From positions 385,587-449,586 of the forward strand of contig OZ246412.1 of assembly GCA_965231075.1 (NCBI GenBank): a DNA stretch of 64,000 nt, read 5' to 3'. The DNA is from an uncultured Candidatus Saccharibacteria bacterium (GTDB lineage Bacteria > Patescibacteriota > Minisyncoccia > RBG-13-40-8-A). Below the pieces are notes generated by a model. It was not told where the DNA came from and did no database searches. It saw only the letters and a list, made by a program, of their open reading frames with translations. Below are positions 28,995 through 37,369 of this stretch, in pieces; positions within the stretch are counted from its first letter, which is position 1, and each line of letters begins with the position of its first letter. Position numbers and translations under genes: made by a program.

Positions 28995-30057
28995 ACTGTT
29001 TTATCATTTCACTTAGATTAAATTTTTCGGTAACTGTTTTTTTGGCATTGTTAATTAATTTGTCCTGCAAGTGTTTATCTTTTAATAATTTTTGTACCGC
29101 CTCCACAATTTTTTCTGGTTTGCCAGGTTCAATTAAAATCCCGTTTTCGTTATTTTGAATAATATCTGGCACCGCGCCAACTTTGGTGGCAATAATTGGA
29201 ACCTCCGCTGCCATTGCTTCTAACACAACCCAAGGAAAACCTTCTTTTACAGACGGCAAAACAAAAACATCAAATGCTTTTAAATATTTGTGGGCATTTG
29301 GAATTCCACTTAATATTACAATTTTAAACTCGGATAATTTCTTTTCCGCCTCTCTTAAGTATTTCAGTCCTTTGGCCGGATAATCGTTTGCTATCGTGCC
29401 GACAATTATATCGTTGGAGTTTGGGATTTGATTAGATAAATTAGAATAATTAGAAATTAGGTTAATTAATTTTTGTTTTGCCTCCTCTCTGTCTAGAAAT
29501 TCCATCTTTTCGATATCAATTCCATTGTGAATGGTTAAAATTTCTTTCTTTGGTTTGATGCCCAATTTTATGGCCTGTTGTCTATCTGGTTCGGCATTGT
29601 TAATAATATAATCTTTCCACTTAGCAGAAAATTTCTCGATAAATCTTAGATAATGATTTATTAAAAAACACCTCGGATCATTAAATGACCAACCCCCGAT
29701 TCTGTAAATAATTTTATTTACCTTATTCTTTCCTGCCCAAGCACCTAAAAATCCTGCCTTAGAACTACACAAAAACAGGATATCTGGTTTTTCTTTTTTT
29801 AATAATTTTCTAATCTCAAAAAACCCCAGTAAATCAAAAAAGGGATTAACCGAGCGTCTTAGATTTTTTAATCGCTCTACTTTAATCCCCCGATTAGATA
29901 ATAAATTTAAAAGTCCGTTTTCGTCATCACCTTCTGGTCCAGCACTCACTACAATTTCGTATCTATTAATATTGCTTACAAGCTCATAAATAAAACGCTG
30001 AGCTCCGCCAAACTCAGACTGTGTTACCAAAAACAGGATTTTTTTCCTATTATCCAT
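28969..30057 (-). CDS. GT4-family glycosyltransferase
   Basis: EGFPWVVLEAMAAEVPIIATKVGAVPDII. Confidence 0.8.
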   Translation of the reverse strand: MDNRKKILFLVTQSEFGGAQRFIYELVSNINRYEIVVSAGPEGDDENGLLNLLSNRGIKVERLKNLRRSVNPFFDLLGFFEIRKLLKKEKPDILFLCSSKAGFLGAWAGKNKVNKIIYRIGGWSFNDPRCFLINHYLRFIEKFSAKWKDYIINNAEPDRQQAIKLGIKPKKEILTIHNGIDIEKMEFLDREEAKQKLINLISNYSNLSNQIPNSNDIIVGTIANDYPAKGLKYLREAEKKLSEFKIVILSGIPNAHKYLKAFDVFVLPSVKEGFPWVVLEAMAAEVPIIATKVGAVPDIIQNNENGILIEPGKPEKIVEAVQKLLKDKHLQDKLINNAKKTVTEKFNLSEMIKQYENLFSVN

Positions 30058-30090
30058 TTAATCTAAGTTTAGCAAATTTTAGAGAGAAAA

Positions 30091-31443
30091 TCAATCCCAA
30101 TTGATATTGTCCGGCCCGCCGTATGCACCCATGTCACTTCTATAAATTGTACCGGTTAAGAGTTTGCCATCATTATAATCGGTCCCGGGATGTCCGGTGT
30201 TGATACACGGAGAAACATTGTCCCCATCCCCCCAAACCAAGCGATAGTTTCTTTCTCGTGTATTTACGAATTTTGGGTCACGTGAAATTCCGCCATCACC
30301 CATTCCCACACCACCGAATGAATCAAGTCCGTTGCCATAAATATCGCTATAGCTATTGTTGATTTCTCCACTCTTTAAATATATCCCCGTACTTGTTCCA
30401 CTACCCATATTTGACGAAACGATATTGTTAAAGGTTTTAATTTTAGAATTTTCTACCCAAATACCGTGATGGTTGTCGTCAATTGTGTTATTTCTAATTT
30501 CAGTTGTAAGAGCATATGATAAATTGTCTTTAATAAAAATTCCCCCACCGTCTTTATTGTCCGAGGAACGATTATTGTAAATAATATTATTCAATATTGT
30601 TAATTGGCAATTGTTTTCGGCATAAATTCCCCATTTTGAATCCTTAAAAACAATGTTCTTAATTGTTCCACTAACTTTATTTGTGCCATCACAATAAATT
30701 GCTTTCTGGTCTTTGCTTTGTATTGTGATTTTCTGAATTAAGACATTTTCGGCATCGTTGATTTTTATCGCCGAATCATTGCCCTGGCCATCAATAGTTG
30801 TATATCCTGCTGATTCTCCAATCAGTTTTAGATTTTTATTAATCACCAGATTTTCTTTATATGTTCCTTTGGAAATTGTGATTATGTCGCCATCAATTGA
30901 GGCATTTATCGCTGATTGGATTGTGGAATAATCGGTGGGAACGCGTAAGGTTGCTGGAATTGTTCTAATTGTTGTATCTGTGGGTGGCACTGGCACTTCT
31001 GGGATTTGTGATGACTGATAAATTAAATCTATGCCGTTTATGTAAAAATCTCTTTCAAATGAATTTATTTCATAAATTGCTTCTGTTTTATAACCGAATC
31101 CATTAAAATCTTCGGCGGTTTTTATCCATCGTTTTTCGCCTGTGTCGTCATTAGGATATAATCTATAAACCTTATCGTCTCCAACGGCACGTACTAAGTC
31201 AGAAACTACATATTTGTTTACTTCTTCTTGATTCACGATTTTAATATTTTCCCATTTCAAATGACCATATTGATTAAAAATTTCTGGATTTAAAATAAGG
31301 CGCTTGTACTCGCCCTTAATAATATAAACATCATTAGAATCTAATGTTTTAATTAGATCGCCATCATTAATCGCAGTAATAGCATTTGCCTGCACAATGG
31401 GAGCTAGTAAAAATAATAATATTATTAGTAATAATTTTCTCAT
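30091..31443 (-). CDS. Secreted right-handed parallel beta-helix protein that shares its N-terminal domain with the 1221-aa surface protein
   Basis: Signal peptide MRKLLLIILLFLLAPIVQANA. C-terminal pectate-lyase-like beta-helix repeats (NLKLIGES...IDGQGNDSAIKI...). Start moved to the ATG at 31441-43; the ORF-track start at 31473 is a TTG inside an upstream TTGAAAAT tandem repeat. Confidence 0.6.
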   Translation of the reverse strand: MRKLLLIILLFLLAPIVQANAITAINDGDLIKTLDSNDVYIIKGEYKRLILNPEIFNQYGHLKWENIKIVNQEEVNKYVVSDLVRAVGDDKVYRLYPNDDTGEKRWIKTAEDFNGFGYKTEAIYEINSFERDFYINGIDLIYQSSQIPEVPVPPTDTTIRTIPATLRVPTDYSTIQSAINASIDGDIITISKGTYKENLVINKNLKLIGESAGYTTIDGQGNDSAIKINDAENVLIQKITIQSKDQKAIYCDGTNKVSGTIKNIVFKDSKWGIYAENNCQLTILNNIIYNNRSSDNKDGGGIFIKDNLSYALTTEIRNNTIDDNHHGIWVENSKIKTFNNIVSSNMGSGTSTGIYLKSGEINNSYSDIYGNGLDSFGGVGMGDGGISRDPKFVNTRERNYRLVWGDGDNVSPCINTGHPGTDYNDGKLLTGTIYRSDMGAYGGPDNINWD

Positions 31444-31490
31444 AATTTTCAATTTTGAATTTTCAATTTTCAATGAATTTTCAATTATTT
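31444..31490 (-). repeat. Tandem octamer repeat (TTGAAAAT)x~5 immediately 5' of the start codon
   Basis: Minus strand reads ttgaaaattcattgaaaattgaaaattcaaaattgaaaattATG; no SD sequence. Confidence 0.6.
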
Positions 31491-31526
31491 AATTTTTAAT
31501 ACTAATTATATTTTAGCACAAATAAA

Positions 31527-31560
31527 AGAAAAGCGCCTCACCGAAGTGAAGCGCTTTTCA
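31527..31560 (-). terminator. Rho-independent terminator downstream of the 1221-aa surface-protein gene
   Basis: 13-bp stem (one G-U wobble on the minus-strand transcript), UUCG tetraloop, followed by CUUUUAUUU. Confidence 0.7.
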
Positions 31561-31610
31561 GTTTATCCTATGTCACCATCTACAAGGAAGATGTCATAGG
31601 TCGAAATCGA

Positions 31611-34600
31611 TTACGGGGTTGCTGTACCTCTTAAGACCGTGAAGGTAATTGGCAATGGACCGATATTCTTGATAAGGGCCGGCATACCAAATCTTAATTC
31701 TGGATCACCTTGACCAGAAAGACCTTCTTCGTTTGTGGCATCACCCCAAACGATATCTCTTTCTCCGAAACTCATTGAGCCAGTTGCTAAGCTTCCTCCG
31801 TCGTCATTTCTTAATTGCAAGTAGATTGACTCATCTGTCTTCAAAAAGTCAGTGGTCGCATCTGCTGCAGCTAAGTCGACATGGAATTCTCTGGTAACGC
31901 CTGAAGCAACAGTCACATCTCTTTCTTCAAAGACGAAAGAAACGCTAGTTACGCTTCCGGCTAAGCTACCAAGAGCTTCTCTACTGGCGACAACGTTTTC
32001 GTTCCAGTCATATAAGTAAAGATTAATGGTGGCATCGTCAGTTGTTGACGCGACAACATCAAATCTTAATGCAGCGCTAGCAATATCAGCTTCGGTTCCA
32101 GACGTACCATCAAAGATTACATCACCACCAACAGCGGTAATTGTGAATCTTGCTAGTTCGTTTGTAGCTGTGCTTGATACTTTAGCAAATACTGGCTTAG
32201 AACGAGTAACAAAATGTAGATTAATATCGGTTTCAGCAGCATTGTCTGTGGTGTATGAAGTTAATTGTGAACCAGATTGTGCACCGTAAGCTTTTAACGA
32301 GCTTGTGCTACCATCGATATCAATTAACTTAAATGGTACCTTAGATTTAGCACCTGAACCTCCGTCGTAACCAGCAATGCTGGCCAAAACGGTTACATAA
32401 GTATCGTTGTCTTTTGGTACATAGATTCTGTTGGTTCCTGAGAAGTTGAAAGCTAAGCTTGCTGTTGCACCAAATCCCTGACCCGCGCTAACAGTCCAAT
32501 TGCTTGTTCCGTATTGAGCTTCGGTCTGGTATTTAATTTTCACAGCTGAGAAATTATCTCTGTTGGCAGTATCAGCTTCGCCAGATTCTTGTCCGTCGTT
32601 AAGAAGGACAGAGAATGTTTCAACGTACCAAGCTTCGCTGGTACCTGTAAGCTTAAACTTGCTAACTTCGTTATCGTTGGTACCCATAACCACCAAACTC
32701 TTGTCTGGGGTGTCTGAGGCACCATCAATTGCAAGTGAACCATAAGAAGCAACACCGTAGTTAACAGTAGCTGCTAATGGGTTTGAAGCATCTCCCGTGG
32801 CTTCAACGGTATTACCGTCTTTGTCGATAGCTGAAACATCAGCACTTACATCGACAAGATCGAAGCCAATCCACGTATCGGCAGTGGATGCGCTAGCAGG
32901 TGCAGCTGAAGAAACATCGTTTTTAACTAACAATGTCTTTGAGGTTCCGGCTGGAATTACCCAACTCAAGCCAGTGTAATCAACATTTTCATAATTGGTT
33001 CCACTGGTGAATCCTTTTGCGGATGAACCTGGCACCATTGCGTTCGTGTCTTTATCATAGATATAGACAGTACCAACGGTGTCTTTGACATAATTAGTAT
33101 CAATACCAGCTCCTAATGCTTCGCCAGTATCTTCCGTTGTATAGGCTGTTAACTGAATAGTATTAATGGTAATATCAGACGCCGAACCAGCAGTAAAGAC
33201 AAATCCAACTGCAGTTACCCCTGATTGACCCTTAATGTATACTTTTTCGGTTCCAGCCAAATCATTACCCGATGGACTAGCTGCCAATGAAATTGCTAAA
33301 CTTGACGCAGCAACTGTCATTTCTTCTCCGGCAATATCTCCCGATGGAGCAATTGCGCCATCATCAACAGCATCACTTGTGCCGGCATATTTCATGTAAT
33401 TTACATTGCCTGATGTACCGACCAAGGTAGCATAACTGTAAAGTACAAATTTTACCTTATCAGTTGATGCAATATCTCTGGCCGTGCCAGTGTTTGCTGT
33501 TTTTATGTCAGCTGTAACCTGATAAGTTTTGGTTGTGCCAGCTGTTAGATCGATAGTATCTGTGAAATCTTCATAGATAGCTGCTTGACCTCCACATACG
33601 CTAGCCTGGGTACCATCGTTAAACGATATACCGTCTTTTGGACCAGCAATAACAACTCCACTGTCTTTTTCTTTGATTTTAATATCTTCTAAGTCATTGC
33701 TTGCTCCATATGTTGACGAAGCGTAGGTGTTGTAACCATCTCCACTGGCATCGTGACAAAACATTAACCTTGTTCTTTTGATTGTAATATCAGCAGCTGC
33801 TGACATTGTGAATTCAAGGAAGTTTGTATCAGATGTGGTCGTGCCAACGCTTGTAGCATTTGGTCCAACTTTGGTTAAGGTTAAGTCGCCACCTTTACAG
33901 GTAACAGTTACACCTTCACCATTTGAAGTACTATCAAATCCAGTAATGGTTGCAGTCATACCATAACCGTAGGTTGTACCCTTGGCTAAGATATCTGTAG
34001 CTAATTCCTGGTAAAGAATGATAGTTCTGTCTGGTTTTTGTGCGCCAATGTCAGCGTAGACATAAAATATCTCGCTTTCACCTTTGACGATTTCATAAGG
34101 TGTGTTGAAGACAAAAGCAACATAACCATTTGAACCAATACTTGAAGCAGTTGCAACAACTGTTCCAGTTTGATCTTTAAGTTTAAGATTGGTGATCAAA
34201 GCATTGTCTGCTGTACCGCCATTGAACAACTGGATTCTGGAGATTTTTGCACCTTCAGTTGCAGTTGTTACTTTAAACTGGCTGATTTCTTGCTGTAATG
34301 CGCCAATGGTGACATTTCTTGTGTTTGCACCACTGTGTGCGACAGTTACAGTTCCAGCAGCTGTGCCGCTGACTCCCATGACATTACTCTTTAATGGGAA
34401 AGCACCACCAATTGTTCCATTACCAACGACATCTGAAGCAGATTCGATAGTAAAGTAGTTAACATTACCAGCGGTTGCGCTGATATCAGCTACTAATTCG
34501 AATGTAGCTGGAGCAGTGATTCCTAAATTAATAAAGGTAACTTTGCTTGTTGAGGTGGTAATTGATCTGCCGGCAGTTAAACGAACCCCATCTTTGTAGA

Positions 34601-35276
34601 TATAAAGGTTGTCAAAATCTTCGACAGCACCAGCTCCATCTCGTTTGAATGCGATTTGATTCAAGGTTCCTGTGCCAGTTAAGCTATATTTGGCAAAGGT
34701 AATTCCTTGTGCGGTACTTGGAAGTGTAGCTGCAGCTGGACTATCAGATGCTAGTGAAAGTATCATGTTGCCAGTAACAACTGTACCACCTGTTCCGCAG
34801 ATGCTACCTCCGGTTGTATAGTTACCACCGTCGACAGCATTGATTGTATAAACTGAATCCCAGTCATAGTTCTTGGAAGTAAAGCAAGCTAAATCATCCA
34901 CCCACTGCTTTGTTCCACTGTCTCCATCTGGTGAAAGTTTATAAACTTTTTCGTCGTTTATAACTCTAACCAATGCTGAAGTTGTGAAAGTTTTGATTTC
35001 AGTGGCTGAGATTTTCTTTAGATTGCTCCATTTCAAGTGTCCATAACTAGTGAATACTTGTGGATTCAAGACTAATCTCTTGAACATTTTCGAACCAACG
35101 ACCTTGACGATGAAAACATCATATGGTTGGTATGTGTTTCCGTCTCCGTCAACGAATGTCGTTGTCGAACTCACGATATCACCGTCAATAACAGCTGCAT
35201 TTGCAACTGGCACAATGAATGCACCATACATAGCAATTGTCGAAACGGCTAACGCGATAGATAATAATTTTTTCAT
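31611..35276 (-). CDS. Giant (1221-aa) secreted Thr/Ser/Gly/Ala/Asp-rich surface protein, an S-layer or adhesin candidate
   Basis: Signal peptide MKKLLSIALAVSTIAMYGAFIVPVANA. Low-complexity beta-rich repeats. N-terminal ~110-aa domain homologous to the 30091..31443 protein. Higher GC than its surroundings. Confidence 0.6.
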   Translation of the reverse strand: MKKLLSIALAVSTIAMYGAFIVPVANAAVIDGDIVSSTTTFVDGDGNTYQPYDVFIVKVVGSKMFKRLVLNPQVFTSYGHLKWSNLKKISATEIKTFTTSALVRVINDEKVYKLSPDGDSGTKQWVDDLACFTSKNYDWDSVYTINAVDGGNYTTGGSICGTGGTVVTGNMILSLASDSPAAATLPSTAQGITFAKYSLTGTGTLNQIAFKRDGAGAVEDFDNLYIYKDGVRLTAGRSITTSTSKVTFINLGITAPATFELVADISATAGNVNYFTIESASDVVGNGTIGGAFPLKSNVMGVSGTAAGTVTVAHSGANTRNVTIGALQQEISQFKVTTATEGAKISRIQLFNGGTADNALITNLKLKDQTGTVVATASSIGSNGYVAFVFNTPYEIVKGESEIFYVYADIGAQKPDRTIILYQELATDILAKGTTYGYGMTATITGFDSTSNGEGVTVTCKGGDLTLTKVGPNATSVGTTTSDTNFLEFTMSAAADITIKRTRLMFCHDASGDGYNTYASSTYGASNDLEDIKIKEKDSGVVIAGPKDGISFNDGTQASVCGGQAAIYEDFTDTIDLTAGTTKTYQVTADIKTANTGTARDIASTDKVKFVLYSYATLVGTSGNVNYMKYAGTSDAVDDGAIAPSGDIAGEEMTVAASSLAISLAASPSGNDLAGTEKVYIKGQSGVTAVGFVFTAGSASDITINTIQLTAYTTEDTGEALGAGIDTNYVKDTVGTVYIYDKDTNAMVPGSSAKGFTSGTNYENVDYTGLSWVIPAGTSKTLLVKNDVSSAAPASASTADTWIGFDLVDVSADVSAIDKDGNTVEATGDASNPLAATVNYGVASYGSLAIDGASDTPDKSLVVMGTNDNEVSKFKLTGTSEAWYVETFSVLLNDGQESGEADTANRDNFSAVKIKYQTEAQYGTSNWTVSAGQGFGATASLAFNFSGTNRIYVPKDNDTYVTVLASIAGYDGGSGAKSKVPFKLIDIDGSTSSLKAYGAQSGSQLTSYTTDNAAETDINLHFVTRSKPVFAKVSSTATNELARFTITAVGGDVIFDGTSGTEADIASAALRFDVVASTTDDATINLYLYDWNENVVASREALGSLAGSVTSVSFVFEERDVTVASGVTREFHVDLAAADATTDFLKTDESIYLQLRNDDGGSLATGSMSFGERDIVWGDATNEEGLSGQGDPELRFGMPALIKNIGPLPITFTVLRGTATP

Positions 35277-35370
35277 TTTTTATTTTATTTTTAATTTTTA
35301 TTTTTCGACCTTTGGTTATGCAATCAGCCGCCACCTATAAGATAACGACTGCTTAACATTAAGATAATTT

Positions 35371-36192
35371 TTATTCGCTAATTATTTCTTCAAATTCAAT
35401 TGATTTAGATTCTGTTTCATCTTCGGTGTTGGGAACAATGACGTCTTCTGGTTTAGTTTCTTCTGACTTGGCTTCGTCATTAGCGATGATTTCTTCGGCT
35501 TTTTCTTGGGTTTTGTTAACTTGAATCAATGCCTGATCAATTTCGGTTTTAATCATGTCTTTGCCTTCGGGCATAATATAGGCCAATTGTTCGCCAGTTT
35601 TAATTAAAGTTTCTTTATAGGAGTCGGTTTGTTCGTTTACCAGTTTTGCAACCTCGGCTGCTTTTTGAGAATTTTTATCTTTTAATCTGTCCATATTTTC
35701 TTGGACAGCCACCAATTGTTCGGTAAGGTTTTTGACGGTTTGTTCAATATTATTTTTCTTTTCTGGTTTGTCGGCAATTTGTGCAACTTCATCTATTCTT
35801 TGATTAGCAAATTTTATAGAAAGCCTAGTTTTATTTTCATCGCTGGAAGCAAAACTCATTTGTGTGCTTTCCACTGCAGTTTTTAAACCATATAAAACAT
35901 CTCCCGGTAAACTGTTTTGTGCAGCGCTAATTGCGCCAATTGTTCCCAATGAACTAACAAACACAACTAATGTCAATGCGATTCCGAACGCCGGTCTAGA
36001 AAACCTTAACATACTAAAAATAGGAAAACTCGCAAAAAGCTTTCCTTTTTCTACTATTGTTTCTTTAACCAATCCTGGTTCTTTAGCACAACCTATTTCA
36101 GATAACAAAAAACTTCTCTGACCCTCAAGCCAGGAAGAATTTGGTCTAACTTTCTTCAAATTTTTAAGTTGTTTTACAATGAATTCATCCAT
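35371..36192 (-). CDS. Membrane-anchored anti-sigma-factor-like protein (N-terminal cytoplasmic segment, one TM, C-terminal coiled-coil domain)
   Basis: Immediately downstream of an ECF sigma gene; single TM (AFGIALTLVVFVSSLGTIGAISAA); charged coiled-coil C-terminus. Assignment from context and architecture. Confidence 0.45.
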   Translation of the reverse strand: MDEFIVKQLKNLKKVRPNSSWLEGQRSFLLSEIGCAKEPGLVKETIVEKGKLFASFPIFSMLRFSRPAFGIALTLVVFVSSLGTIGAISAAQNSLPGDVLYGLKTAVESTQMSFASSDENKTRLSIKFANQRIDEVAQIADKPEKKNNIEQTVKNLTEQLVAVQENMDRLKDKNSQKAAEVAKLVNEQTDSYKETLIKTGEQLAYIMPEGKDMIKTEIDQALIQVNKTQEKAEEIIANDEAKSEETKPEDVIVPNTEDETESKSIEFEEIISE

Positions 36193-36303
36193 AGTCTACC
36201 CCTCCCATCGCTCTGGTTTTTCGCTCTACTATATATGACGAATGAAAAGCCGTTTTGTTACACTCTTATTACGGTTTTAATTACATGTGTAATACTAACA
36301 CAT

Positions 36304-36867
36304 TTATGATTCATTGTCAACTTCTGAAAGGTGCTTTTTTAACGATACCAATCCCCTATGAATTAATACTCTAATTGCCCCCGCTGACTTGTCTAAAATC
36401 TTAGCAATTTCGGGAACCGATAACTCATCAATATAATACAAAATTAAAACATCTTGATATTCTTCTTTTATATTGGTTAGAGACTTATGAATCTGATCAG
36501 CAATCTCCTTGGAAGATATCTCGTCCTTGGCGGGTTCTTCGTTTAAAAATATATGGAAATCGTCTCCCATAAATATGTCCTGTGAACTTTTCTTTTTGTA
36601 GTAATCAGCAATTAAATTTCTTGCAACTTTGTATAATAATGCCTGAAAACTTTCTTCAATCGTATTGGCTTTATCGGTTAAATATTCGTAGATCCTCAAA
36701 AAAGATTCTGACGACAAATCTTCTGCTAAAACTTGCGATCTAACTTTGAGGCGAATAAAACGAAAAAGCTTCGTGGCATATAAATCATAAAGCTGGCCAA
36801 AGGCCTCTTTATTGCCCGAAGCGACTTGAGAAAGTAACTCTTTTTCGTTGTCGATTGTTGCACTCAT
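36304..36867 (-). CDS. ECF-type sigma-70 family RNA polymerase sigma factor
   Basis: Region 2 (LYDLYATKLFRFIRLKV) and region 4 HTH (LSVPEIAKILDKSAGAIRVLIHRGLVSLKK). Confidence 0.8.
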   Translation of the reverse strand: MSATIDNEKELLSQVASGNKEAFGQLYDLYATKLFRFIRLKVRSQVLAEDLSSESFLRIYEYLTDKANTIEESFQALLYKVARNLIADYYKKKSSQDIFMGDDFHIFLNEEPAKDEISSKEIADQIHKSLTNIKEEYQDVLILYYIDELSVPEIAKILDKSAGAIRVLIHRGLVSLKKHLSEVDNES

Positions 36868-36898
36868 GTTACAGTTTTAGTATAACATAAAAAAATGA

Positions 36899-36934
36899 GG
36901 GCTAGCAACTCCGCGACCGCGGAGTTGCTAGCCC
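36899..36934 (-). terminator. GC-rich perfect hairpin terminator for the GC-rich small gene
   Basis: gggctagcaactccgcg / cgcggagttgctagccc inverted repeat, followed on the minus strand by CUCAUUUUUUUAUG. Confidence 0.65.
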
Positions 36935-36945
36935 GAAAAAGAGCT

Positions 36946-37254
36946 TCACTTCATGATGAAGGGCCTGGCCTGACTCTTCAGCCAGAACAGATCCTTTGCC
37001 AGGGGGACATCGCCCCCGTCGGCGAGAGCGGTTCGGAACCCGACCACCGAAGACGTATCCTGGCCAACGCCGATGAGCGTGTCGATGATCTTGTCCCGGC
37101 TTCTGGTCGCCAGTTCAAGGATCTCCGCCTTGCTCAGCGTCTTCGAGGCCAAGATCACGTTGTCGACCGCGACGTCCACGGGCTGGGCCCATGGAAACTT
37201 CACGCCCGTCAAATCGATGGTTCCGATACCGACTTCGACTCCGATCTTGTCCAT
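36946..37254 (-). CDS. GC-rich (about 60% GC) 102-aa hypothetical protein with a strong SD; foreign-looking
   Basis: Minus strand reads GAAAGGAGTCCTT ATG GAC AAG ATC..., i.e. SD AAAGGAG about 6 nt before the ATG. The codons are dominated by C/G-ending triplets, unlike the rest of the window. A terminator hairpin follows. The ORF track lists a longer 36946..37269 version. Confidence 0.5.
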   Translation of the reverse strand: MDKIGVEVGIGTIDLTGVKFPWAQPVDVAVDNVILASKTLSKAEILELATRSRDKIIDTLIGVGQDTSSVVGFRTALADGGDVPLAKDLFWLKSQARPFIMK

Positions 37255-37369
37255 AAGGACTCCTTTCAAAAAGTGACTTTAAAATACCCCGTGAAGGATA
37301 TTTTGTTATTTACATTATAGCCCCTAAATAATGTTTTGTCAACCCCGACGCAAAAGGTCGGGGCAAAAA

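Noticed and set aside
31444-31473. ORF-track start (TTG, MKIENSKLKIM...) for the beta-helix protein
   Set aside because: The extra 10 codons are just the TTGAAAAT tandem repeat read in frame. The ATG at 31441-43 gives a canonical signal peptide.
31561-31610. Imperfect inverted repeat (cctatg...catagg) just downstream of the 1221-aa gene
   Set aside because: Only 6 bp pair cleanly and the loop is 22 nt. The adjacent 13-bp UUCG hairpin is the real terminator.
36990-37030. Candidate tRNA-like segment (gcggttcggaacccgaccacc) in the GC-rich island
   Set aside because: It cannot be folded into a T-arm/acceptor stem, and it lies inside the well-supported 102-aa ORF.
36895-37320. Plus-strand 141-aa ORF across the GC-rich island
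   Set aside because: Arg/Ala-rich nonsense typical of an out-of-frame read through GC-rich DNA. The minus-strand frame has a perfect SD, balanced composition and a terminator.
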